64,000 bases of DNA, taken from the NCBI GenBank assembly GCA_964016885.1, contig OZ024743.1, forward strand, positions 51,026,001 to 51,090,000, in the 5' to 3' direction. The notes under the pieces were generated by a model that searched no databases, was not told the origin of the DNA, and was given only the letters and a program-made list of their open reading frames with translations. Positions 1 to 11,300 of the stretch are shown here, one piece after another (positions within the stretch are counted from its first letter, which is position 1; each line of letters opens with the position of its first letter). The position numbers were made by a program, and so were the translations under genes. Source of the DNA: Eledone cirrhosa. Taxonomy: Eukaryota.

Positions 1-3000
1 GTTGTGGTAGTATTTGGGGTGTCTGTGGTAGTGTTTGGGGTGTCTGTGGTAGTCTTTGGGGTGTCTGTGGTAGTGTTTGGGGTGTCTGTGGTCGTGTTTG
101 GGGTGGTTGTGGTAGTGTTTGGTGTGGTAGTGGTAGTGTTTGGGGTGTCTGTGGTAGTGTTTAGGTTGGTTGTGGTAGAGTTTGGGGTGGTTGTGGTAGT
201 GTTTGGGGTGGTAGTGGTAGTGTTTGGGGTGTCTGTGGTAGTGTTTAGGTTGGTTGTGGTAGAGTTTGGGGTGGTTGTGGTTGTTTACGGTGGTTGTGGT
301 AGTGTTTGGGGTGGTTGTGGTTGTTTACGGTGGTTGTGGTAGTGTTTGGGGTGTCTGTAGTAGTGTTTGGGGTGTCTGTATTAGTGTTTGGGGTGGTTGT
401 GGTAGTGTTTGGGGTGTCTGTGGTAGTGTTTGGGGTGGTTGTGGTAGTATTTGGGGTGTCTGTGGTAGTGTTTCGGGTGTCTGTGGTAGTGTTTGGGGTG
501 GTTGTGGTAGTGTTTGGGGTGGTTGTGGTAGTGTTTGGGGTTGTTGTGGTAGTGTTTGGGGTGGTTGTGGTAGTGTTTGGGGTGTCTGTGGTAGTGTTTG
601 GGGTGGTTGTGGTACTGTTTGGGGTGGTTGTGGTAGTGTTAGGTGTGGTTGTGCTAGTGTTTGGGGTGGTTGTGGTACTGTTTGGGGTGGTTGTAGTGTT
701 TTGGATGGTTGTGGTTGTGGTAGTGTTTGGGGAGGTTGTGGTAGTGTTTGGGCTGTATGTGGTAGTGTTTGGGGTGTCTGTGGTAGTGTTTGGGGTGGTT
801 GTGGTAGTGTTTGGGGTGGTTGTGGTACTGTTTGGGGTGGTTGTGGTAGTGTTTGGGGTTGTTGGGGTGGTTGTGGTAGTGTTTGTGGTGGTTGTGGTAC
901 TGTTTGGGGTGGTTGTGGTAGTATTTGGGACGGTTGTGGTAGTGTTTGGGGTGTCAGGTGGTGTTTGGGGTGTCTGTGGTAGAGTTTCGGGTGGTTGTGG
1001 TAGTGTTTGGGATGTTAGGTAGTGTTTGGGGTGTCTGTGGTAGAGTTTCGGGTGGTTGTGGTAGTGTTTACGGTGTCTGTGGTAGTGTTTGGGGTGGTTG
1101 TAGTAGTGTTTATGGTGGTTGTGGTAGTGTTTATGGTGGTTGTGGTAGTGTTTGGGGTGGTTGTGGTAGTGTTTGGGGTGTCTGTGGTAGTGTTTGGGGT
1201 GTCTGGTGGTGTTTGGGGTGGTTGTGGTAGTGTTTGAGGTGGTTGTGGTACTGTTTGGGGTGGTTGTGGTAGTGTTTGGGGTGGTTGTGGTAGTGTTTGG
1301 GGTTGTTGTGGTAGTGTTTGGGGTTGTTGTGGTAGTGTTTGGGGTGGTTGTGGTACTGTTTGGGGTGGTTGTGGTAGTATTTGGGACGGTTGTGGTAGTG
1401 TTTGGGGTGTCAGGTGGTGTTTGGGGTGTCTGCGGTAGAGTTTCGGGTGGTTGTGGTAGTGTTTGGGATGTTAGGTAGTGTTTGGGGTGTCTGTGGTAGA
1501 GTTTCGGGTGGTTGTGGTAGTGTTTGGGGTGGTTGTGGTAGTGTTTACGGTGTCTGGGGTAGTGTTTGGGGTGGTTGTGGTAGTGTTTATGGTGGTTGTG
1601 GTAGTGTTTGAGGTGGTTGTGGTAGAGTTTGGGGTGTCTGTGGTAGTGTTTGGGGTGGTTGTTGTATTGTTTGGGGTGGTTGTTGTATTGTTTGGGGGTG
1701 TCTGTGGTAGTGTTTGGGGGTGTCTGTGGTAGTGTTTGGGGTGTCTGTGGTAGTATTTGGGGTATATGTGGTAGTGTTTGGGGTGTCTGTGGTAGAGTTT
1801 GGGGTGTCTGTGTTAGTGTTTTGGGTGTCTGTGGTAGTGTTTGGGGTGTCTGTGGTAGTGTTTGGGGTGTCTGTGGTAGTGTTTGGGGTGGTTGTGGTAG
1901 AGTTTGGGGTGTCTGTGGTAGTGTTTGGGGTGGTTGTTGTAGTGTTTGGGGTGGTTGTTGTAGTGTTTGGGGTGGTTGTGGTAGTGTTTGGGGTGTCTGT
2001 GGTAGTGTTTGGGGTGGTTGTGGTAGAGTTTGGGGTGTCTGTAGTAGTGTTTGGGGTGGTTGTGGTAGTGTTAGGGGTGGTTGTGCTAGTGTTTGGGGTG
2101 GTTGTGGTAGTGTTAGGGGTGGTTGTGGTACTGTTTGGGGTGGTTGTGGTAGTGTTTGGGGTGTCTCTGGTAGTGTTTGGGGTGTCTGTGGTAGTGTTTG
2201 GGGTGGTTGTGGTAGTATTTGGGGTGGTTGTGGTAGTGTTTGGGGTGTCTGTAGTAGTGTTTGGGGTGTCTGTGTTAGTGTTTGGGGTGGTTGTGGTAGT
2301 GTTTGGGGTGTCTGTGGTAGTGTTTGGGGTGGTTGTGGTAGTGTTTGGGGTGGTTGTGGTAGTGTTTGGGGTGGTTGTGGTACTGTTTGGGGTGTCAGTG
2401 GTAGTGTTTGGGGTGGTTGTGGTAGTATTTGGGGTGGTTGTGGTAGTGTTTGGGGTGGTTGTGGTAGTGTTTGGGGTGTCTGGTAGTGTTTGGGGTGGTT
2501 GTGGTAGTGATTGGGGTGTCTGGTAGTGTTTGGGGTGTCTGGTAGTGTTTGGGATGTCTGTGGTAGAGTTTCGGGTGTCTGTGGTAGTGTTTGGGGTGTC
2601 TGTGGTGGTTGTGGTAGTGTTTACGGTGGTTCTGGTAGTGTTTGGGGTGGTTGTGGTAGTGTTTGGGGTGTCTGTGGTAGTGTTTGGGGTGTCTGTGGTG
2701 GTTGTGGTAGTGTTTGGGGTGGGTGTGGTAGTGTTTATGGTGGTTGTGGTAGTGTTTGGGGTGGTTGTGGTAGTGTTTGGGGTGTCTGTGGTAGTGTTTG
2801 GGGTGTCTGTGGTGGTTGTGGTAGTGTTTGGGGTGGGTGTGGTAGTGTTTATGGTGGTTGTGGTAGTGTTTGGGGTGTCTGTGGTAGTGTTTGGGGAGGT
2901 TGTGGTAGTGTTTGGGGTGTTTGGGGTAGCTGAGGTAGTGTTTGGGGTGGTTGTGGTAGTATTTGGGGTGTCTGTGGTAGTCTTTGGGGTGTCTGTGGTA

Positions 3001-6000
3001 GTCTTTGGGGTGTCTGTGGTAGTGTTTGGGGTGTCTGTGGTCGTGTTTGGGGTGGTTGTGGTAGTGTTTGGTGTGGTAGTGGTAGTGTTTGGGGTGTCTG
3101 TGGTAGTGTTTGGGGTGTCTGTGGTAGTGTTTAGGTTGGTTGTGGTAGAGTTTGGGGTGGTTGTGGTAGTGTTTGGGGTGGTAGTGGTAGTGTTTGGGGT
3201 GTCTGTGGTAGTGTTTAGGTTGGTTGTGGTAGAGTTTGGGGTGGTTGTGGTAGTGTTTGGGGTGGTTGTGGTTGTTTACGGTGGTTGTGGTAGTGTTTGG
3301 GGTGTCTGTATTAGTGTTTGGGGTGGTTGTGGTAGTGTTTGGGGTGTCTGTGGTAGTGTTTGGGGTGGTTGTGGTAGTATTTGGGGTGTCTGTGTTAGTG
3401 TTTCGGGTGTCTGTGGTAGTGTTTGGGGTGGTTGTGGTAGTGTTTGGGGTGGTTGTGGTAGTGTTTGGGGTGGTTGTGGTAGTGTTTGGGGTGTCTGTGG
3501 TAGTGTTTGGGGTGGTTGTGGTACTGTTTGGGGTGGTTGTGGTAGTGTTAGGTGTGGTTGTGCTAGTGTTTGGGGTGGTTGTGGTACTGTTTGGGGTGGT
3601 TGTAGTGTTTTGGATGGTTGTGGTTGTGGTAGTGTTTGGGGAGGTTGTGGTAGTGTTTGGGCTGTATGTGGTAGTGTTTGGGGTGTCTGTGGTAGTGTTT
3701 GGGGTGGTTGTGGTAGTGTTTGGGGTGGTTGTGGTACTGTTTGGGGTGGTTGTGGTAGTGTTTGGGGTGGTTGTGGTAGTGTTTGGGGTTGTTGGGGTGG
3801 TTGTGGTAGTGTTTGGGGTGTCTGTGGTAGTGTTTGGGGGTGTCTGTGGTAGTGTTTGGGGTGTCTGTTGTGGTAGTGTTTGGGGTGTCTGTGGTAGTGT
3901 TTGGGGTGTCTGTGGTAGAGTTTGGGCTGTCTGTGTTAGTGTTTTGGGTGTCTGTGGTAGTGTTTGGGGTGTCTGTGGTAGTGTTTGGGGTGTCTGTGGT
4001 AGTGTTTGGGGTGGTTGTGGTAGAGTTTGGGGTGTCTGTGGTAGTGTTTGGGGTGGTTGTTGTAGTGTTTGGGGTGGTTGTTGTAGTGTTTGGGGTGGTT
4101 GTGGTAGTGTTTGAGGTGTCTGTGGTAGTGTTTGGGGTGGTTGTGGTAGTGTTTGGGGTGTCTGTGGTAGAGTTTGGGGTGTCTGTGGTAGTGTTTGGGG
4201 TGTCTGTGGTAGTGTTTGGGGTGACTGTGGTAGAGTTTGGGGTGTCTGTGGTAGTGTTTGGGGTGGTTGTTGTAGTGTTTGGGGTGGTTGTGGTAGTGTT
4301 TGGGGTGTCTGTGGTAGTCTTTGGGGGTGTCTGTGGTAGTGTTTGGGGTGGTTGTGGTAGTGTTTGGGGTGGTTGTGGTAGTGTTTGGGGTGTCTGTGGT
4401 AGAGTTTGGGGTGTCTGTGGTAGTGTTTGGGGTGTCTGTGGTAGTGTTTGGGGTGGTTGTTGTAGTGTTTGGGGTGGTTGTTGTAGTGTTTGGGGTGGTT
4501 GTGGTAGTGTTTGGGGGTGTCTGTGGTAGTGTTTGGGGGTGTCTGTGGTAGTGTTTGGGGTGTCTGTAGTAGTGTTTGGGGTGGTTGTGGTAATGTTTGG
4601 GGTAGGTGAGGTACTGTTTGGGCAGGTTGTGTAGTGTTTGGTGTGGTTGTGGTTGTATTTGAGGTGTGATTGTGGTAGTGTTTGGGGTGTCTCTGGTAGT
4701 GTTTGAGGAGGTTGTGGTAGTGTTTGGGGAGATTGTGGTAGTGTTTGGGGTGGTTGTGGTAGTATTTGGGGTGTGATTGTGGTAGTGTTTGGGGTGGTTG
4801 TGGTAGTGTTTAGGGTGTCTGGTAGTATTTGGGGTGTCTCTGGTAGTGTTTGGGGTGTCTGTGGTAGTGTTTGGGGTGGTTGTTGTAGTATTTGGGGTGT
4901 CTGTGGTAGTGTTTAGGGTGTCTGTGGTAGTGTTTGGGGTGTCTGGTAGTGTTTGGGGTGGTTGTGTTAGTGTTTGGGGTGTCTGGTAGTGTTTGGGGTG
5001 TCTGGTAGTGTTTGGGGTGTCTGGTGGTGTTTGGGGTGTCTGTGGTAGTGTTTGGGGTGGTTGTGGTAGTGTTTGGGGTGTCTGTGGTAGTGTTTGGAGT
5101 GGTTGTGGTAGTGTTTGGGGTGTCTGTGGTAGTGTTTGGAGTGGTTGTGGTAGTGTTTGGGGTGGTTGTTGTATTATTTGGGGTGTCTGTGGTAGTGTTT
5201 AGGGTGTCTGTGGTAGTGTTTGGGGTGGTTGTGGTAGTGTTTGGGGTGGTTGTGGTAGTGTTTGATGTGGTTGTGGTAGTGTTTGGGCTGTCTGTGGTAG
5301 TGTTTTGGGTGGTTATGTTAGTGTTTGGGGTGTCTGTGGTAGTGTTTGCGGTGGTTGTGGTAGTGTTTGGGGTGGTTGTGGTAGTGTTTGGGTGGTTGTG
5401 GTAGTGTTTGGAGTGGTTGTGGTAGTGTTTGGGGTTGTTGTGGTAGTGTTTGCGGTATCTGTGGTAGTGTTTGGGGTGTCTGTGGTAGTGTTTGGGGTGT
5501 CTGTGGTAGTGTTTGGGGTGGTTGTTGTAGTGTTTGGGGTGGTTGTTGTAGTGTTTGGGGTGGTTGTGGTAGTGTTTGGGGTGGTTGTGGTAGTGTTTGG
5601 GGTGGTTGTGGTAGTGTTTGGGGTGTCTGTGGTAGTGTTTGGGGGTGTCTGTGGTAGTGTTTGGGGTGTCTGTGGTAGTGTTTGGGGTGGTTGTGGTAGT
5701 GTTTACGGTGGTTCTGGTAGTGTTTGGGGTGGTTGTGGTAGTGTTTGGGGTGTCTGTGGTAGTGTTTGGGGTGTCTGTGGTGGTTGTGGTAGTGTTTGGG
5801 GTGGGTGTGGTAGTGTTTATGGTGGTTGTGGTAGTGTTTGGGGTGGTTGTGGTAGTGTTTGGGGTGTCTGTGGTAGTGTTTGGGGTGTCTGTGGTGGTTG
5901 TGGTAGTGTTTGGGATGGGTGTGGTAGTGTTTATGGTGGGTGTGGTAGTGTTTGGGGTGTCTGTGGTAGTGTTTGGGGAGGTTGTGGTAGTGTTTGGGGT

Positions 6001-8340
6001 GGTTGTGGTAGTGTTTACGGTGTCTGGGGTAGTGTTTGGGGTGGTTGTGGTAGTGTTTATGGTGGTTGTGGTAGTGTTTGAGGTGGTTGTGGTAGAGTTT
6101 GGGGTGTCTGTGGTAGTGTTTGGGGTGGTTGTTGTAGTGTTTGGGGTGGTTGTTGTAGTGTTTGCGGTATCTGTGGTAGTGTTTGGGGTGTCTGTGGTAG
6201 TGTTTGGGGTGTCTGTGGTAGTGTTTGGGGTGGTTGTTGTAGTGTTTGGGGTGGTTGTTGTAGTGTTTGGGGTGGTTGTGGTAGTGTTTGGGGTGGTTGT
6301 GGTAGTGTTTGGGGTGTCTGTGGTAGTGTTTGGGGGTGTCTGTGGTAGTGGTTGGGGGTGTCTGTGGTAGTGTTTGGGGTGTCTGTAGTAGTGTTTGGGG
6401 TGGTTGTGGTAATGTTTGGGGTAGGTGAGGTACTGTTTGGGCAGGTTGTGTAGTGTTTGGTGTGGTTGTGGTTGTATTTGAGGTGTGATTGTGGTAGTGT
6501 TTGGGGTGTCTCTGGTAGTGTTTGGGGAGGTTGTGGTAGTGTTTGGGGAGATTGTGGTAGTGTTTGGGGTGGTTGTGGTAGTATTTGGGGTGTGATTGTG
6601 GTAGTGTTTGGGGTGGTTGTGGTAGTGTTTAGGGTGTCTGGTAGTATTTGGGGTGTCTCTGGTAGTGTTTGGGGTGTCTGTGGTAGTGTTTGGGGTGGTT
6701 GTTGTAGTATTTGGGGTGTCTGTGGTAGTGTTTAGGGTGTCTGTGGTAGTGTTTGGGGTGTCTGGTAGTGTTTGGGGTGGTTATGGTAGTATTTGGGGTG
6801 GTTGTGTTAGTGTTTGGGGTGTCTGGTAGTGTTTGGGGTGTCTGGTAGTGTTTGGGGTGTCTGGTGGTGTTTGGGGTGTCTGTGGTAGTGTTTGGGGTGG
6901 TTGTGGTAGTGTTTGGGGTGTCTGTGGTAGTGTTTGGAGTGGTTGTGGTAGTGTTTGGGGTGTCTGTGGTAGTGTTTGGAGTGGTTGTGGTAGTGTTTGG
7001 CTATCTGTGGTAGTGTTTGGGGTGGTTGTTGTATTATTTGGGGTGTCTGTGGTAGTGTTTGGGGTGGTTGTGGTAGTGTTTGGGGTGGTTGTGGTAGTGT
7101 TTGATGTGGTTGTGGTAGTGTTTGGGCTGTCTATGGTAGTGTTTTGGGTGGTTATGTTAGTGTTTGGGGTGTCTGTGGTAGTGTTTGCTGTGGTTGTGGT
7201 AGTGTTTGGGGTGGTTGTGGTAGTGTTTGGGTGGTTGTGGTAGTGTTTGGAGTGGTTGTGGTAGTGTTTGGGGTTGTTGTGGTAGTGTTTGCGGTATCTG
7301 TGGTAGTGTTTGGGGTGTCTGTGGTAGTGTTTGGGGTGTCTGTGGTAGTGTTTGGGGTGTCTGTGGTAGTGTTTGGGGTGGTTGTCGTAGTGTTTGGGGT
7401 ATCTGTGGTATTGTTTGGGGTGTCTGTGGTAGTGTTTGGTGTGGTTGTGGTAGTGTTTGGGTTGTCTGTGGTAGTGTTTGGGTTGTCTGTGGTAGTGTTT
7501 GGGGTGGTTGTGTTAGTGTTTGGGGTGTCTGTGGTAGTTTTTGGGGTGGTTGTGGTGGTGTTTGTAGTGTCTGGTAGCGTTTGGGGTGTCTGTGGTAGTG
7601 TTTGGGGTGTCTGTGATAGTTTTTGGAGTGTCTGTGGTAGTGTTTGGGGTGGTTGTGGTAGTGTTTGGGGAGGTTGTGGTAGTGTTTGGGGTGTCTGTGG
7701 TAGAGTTTGGGGTGGTTGTGGTAGTGTTTAAGGTGGTTGTGGTAGAGTTTAAGGTGGTTGTGGTAGAGTTTAGGGTGTCTGTGGTAGTGTTTGGGCAGGT
7801 TGTGGTAGTGTTTGGGGTGGTTGTGGTAGTGTTTGGGGTGTCTGTGGTAGTGTTTGGGGTGTCTGTGGTAGTGTTTGGGGTGGTTGTGGTAGTGTTTGGA
7901 GTGGTTGGGGTGGTTGTGGTAGTGTTTGGGGTGGTTGTGGTAGTGTTTACGGTGGTTGTGGTAGTGTTTGGGGTGGTTGTGGTAGTGTTTGGAGTGTCTG
8001 GTAGTGTTTGCGGTGTCTGTGGTAGTGTTTGGTGTGTCTGTGGTAGTGTTTGGGGTGGCTGTGGTAGTGTTTGGAATATCTGTGGTAGTGTTTGGGGTGT
8101 CTGTGGTAGTGTTTGGAGTGTCTGTGGTAGTGTTTGGGGTGTCTGTGGTAGTGTTTGGGGAGGTTGTGGTAGTGTTTGAGGTGTCTGTGGTAGTGTTTGG
8201 GCTGGTTGTGGTAGTGTTTGGGGTGTCTGTGGTAGTGTTTGGGGTGGTTGTGGTAGTGTTTGGGGTGGTTGTGGTACTGTTTGGGGTGGTTGTGGTAGTA
8301 TTTGGGACGGTTGTGGTAGTGTTTGGGGTGTCTGTGGTAG
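1..8340. repeat. Higher-order duplication, copy 1 (matches 21135-28783)
   Basis: ORF-track and rare-variant landmarks recur at offset 21134 (266/21400, 946/22080, 2511/23645, GTGATTGGGG 2507/23641), then 21155 (GTGACTG 4221/25376, 4993/26148), then 20443 (6457/26900, 7989/28432). Confidence 0.93.
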
Positions 8341-11300
8341 TGTTTGGGGTGGTTGTGGTACTGTTTGGGGTGGTTGTGGTAGTGTTAGGTGTGGTTGTGC
8401 TAGTGTTTGGGGTGGTTGTGGTACTGTTTGGGGTGGTTGTAGTGTTTTGGATGGTTGTGGTTGTGGTAGTGTTTGGGGAGGTTGTGGTAGTGTTTGGGCT
8501 GTATGTGGTAGTGTTTGGGGTGTCTGTGGTAGTGTTTGGGGTGGTTGTGGTAGTGTTTGGGGTGGTTGTGGTACTGTTTGGGGTGGTTGTGGTAGTGTTT
8601 GGGGTGGTTGTGGTAGTGTTTGGGGTTGTTGGGGTGGTTGTGGTAGTGTTTGTGGTGGTTGTGGTACTGTTTGGGGTGGTTGTGGTAGTATTTGGGACGG
8701 TTGTGGTAGTGTTTGGGGTGTCAGGTGGTGTTTGGGGTGTCTGTGGTAGAATTTCGGGTGGTTGTGGTAGTGTTTGGGATGTTAGGTAGTGTTTGGGGTG
8801 TCTGTGGTAGAGTTTCGGGTGGTTGTGGTAGTGTTTACGGTGTCTGTGGTAGTGTTTGGGGTGGTTGTGGTAGTGTTTGGGGTGGTTGTGGTAGTGTTTA
8901 TGGTGGTTGTGGTAGTGTTTATGGTGGTTGTGGTAGTGTTTGGGGTGGTTGTGGTAGTGTTTGGGGTGTCTGTGGTAGTGTTTGGGGTGTCTGGTGGTGT
9001 TTGGGGTGGTTGTGGTAGTGTTTGGGTTGGTTGTGGTAGTGTTTGAGGTGGTTGTGGTACTGTTTGGGGTGGTTGTGGTAGTGTTTGGGGTGGTTGTGGT
9101 AGTGTTTGGGGTTGTTGTGGTAGTGTTTGGGGTTGTTGTGGTAGTGTTTGGGGTGGTTGTGGTACTGTTTGGGGTGGTTGTGGTAGTATTTGGGACGGTT
9201 GTGGTAGTGTTTGGGGTGTCTGTGGTAGAGTTTCGGGTGGTTGTGGTAGTGTTTGGGATGTTAGGTAGTGTTTGGGGTGTCTGTGGTAGAGTTTTGGGTG
9301 GTTGTGGTAGTGTTTGGGGTGGTTGTGGTAGTGTTTACGGTGTCTGGGGTAGTGTTTGGGGTGGTTGTGGTAGTGTTTATGGTGGTTGTGGTAGTGTTTG
9401 AGGTGGTTGTGGTAGAGTTTGGGGTGTCTGTGGTAGTGTTTGGGGTGGTTGTTGTAGTGTTTGGGGTGGTTGTTGTAGTGTTTGGGGTGTCTGTGGTAGT
9501 GTTTGGGGGTGTCTGTGGTAGTGTTTGGGGTGTCTGTTGTGGTAGTGTTTGGGGTGTCTGTGGTAGTATTTGGGGTATATGTGGTAGTGTTTGGGGTGTC
9601 TGTGGTAGAGTTTGGGGTGTCTGTGTTAGTGTTTTGGGTGTCTGTGGTAGTGTTTGGGGTGTCTGTGGTAGTGTTTGGGGTGTCTGTGGTAGTGTTTGGG
9701 GTGGTTGTGTTAGAGTTTGGGGTGTCTGTGGTAGTGTTTGGGGTGGTTGTTGTAGTGTTTGGGGTGGTTGTTGTAGTGTTTGGGGTGGTTGTGGTAGTGT
9801 TTGGGGTGTCTGTGGTAGTGTTTGGGGTGGTTGTGGTAGAGTTTGGGGTGTCTGTGGTAGTGTTTGGGGTGGTTGTTGTAGTGTTTGGGGTGGTTGTGGT
9901 AGTGTTTGTGGTGGTTGTGGTAGTATTTGGGGTGTCTGTAGTAGTGTTTGGGGTGGTTGTGGTAGTGTTAGGGGTGGTTGTGCTAGTGTTTGGGGTGGTT
10001 GTGGTAGTGTTAGGGGTGGTTGTGGTACTGTTTGGGGTGGTTGTGGTATTGTTGGGGTGTCTCTGGTAGTGTTTGGGGTGTCTGTGGTAGTGTTTGGGGT
10101 GGTTGTGGTAGTATTTGGGGTGGTTGTGGTAGTGTTTGGGGTGTCTGTAGTAGTGTTTGGGGTGTCTGTGTTAGTGTTTGGGGTGGTTGTGGTAGTGTTT
10201 GGGGTGTCTGTGGTAGTGTTTGGGGTGGTTGTGGTAGTGTTTGGGGTGGTTGTGGTAGTGTTTGGGGTGGTTGTGGTACTGTTTGGGGTGTCTGTGGTAG
10301 TGTTTGGGGTGGTTGTGGTAGTGTTTGGGGTGGTTGTGCTAGTGTTTGGGGTGGTTGTGGTGTTTGGGATGGTTGTGGTTGTGGTAGTGTTTGGGGAGGT
10401 TGTGGTAGTGTTTGGGCTGTATGTGGTAGTGTTTGGGGTGTCTGGTGGTGTTTGGGGTGGTTGTGGTAGTGTTTGGGGTGGTTGTGGTAGTGTTTGAGGT
10501 GGTTGTGGTACTGTTTGGGGTGGTTGTGGTAGTGTTTGGGGTGGTTGTGGTAGTGTTTGGGGTTGTTGTGGTAGTGTTTGGGGTTGTTGTGGTAGTGTTT
10601 GGGGTGGTTGTGGTACTGTTTGGGGTGGTTGTGGTAGTATTTGGGACGGTTGTGGTAGTGTTTGGGGTGTCAGGTGGTGTTTGGGGTGTCTGTGGTAGAG
10701 TTTCGGGTGGTTGTGGTAGTGTTTGGGATGTTAGGTAGTGTTTGGGGTGTCTGTGGTAGAGTTTCGGGTGGTTGTGGTAGTGTTTACGGTGTCTGGGGTA
10801 GTGTTTGGGGTGGTTGTGGTAGTGTTTATGGTGGTTGTGGTAGTGTTTGAGGTGGTTGTGGTAGAGTTTGGGGTGTCTGTGGTAGTGTTTGGGGTGGTTG
10901 TTGTAGTGTTTGGGGTGGTTGTTGTAGTGTTTGGGGTGTCTGTGGTAGTGTTTGGGGGTGTCTGTGGTAGTGTTTGGGGTGTCTGTTGTGGTAGTGTTTG
11001 GGGTGTCTGTGGTAGTATTTGGGGTATATGTGGTAGTGTTTGGGGTGTCTGTGGTAGAGTTTGGGGTGTCTGTGTTAGTGTTTTGGGTGTCTGTGGTAGT
11101 GTTTGGGGTGTCTGTGGTAGTGTTTGGGGTGTCTGTGGTAGTGTTTGGGGTGGTTGTGGTAGAGTTTGGGGTGTCTGTGGTAGTGTTTGGGGTGGTTGTT
11201 GTAGTGTTTGGGGTGGTTGTTGTAGTGTTTGGGGTGGTTGTGGTAGTGTTTGGGGTGTCTGTGGTAGAGTTTGGGGTGTCTGTGGTAGTGTTTGGGGTGT

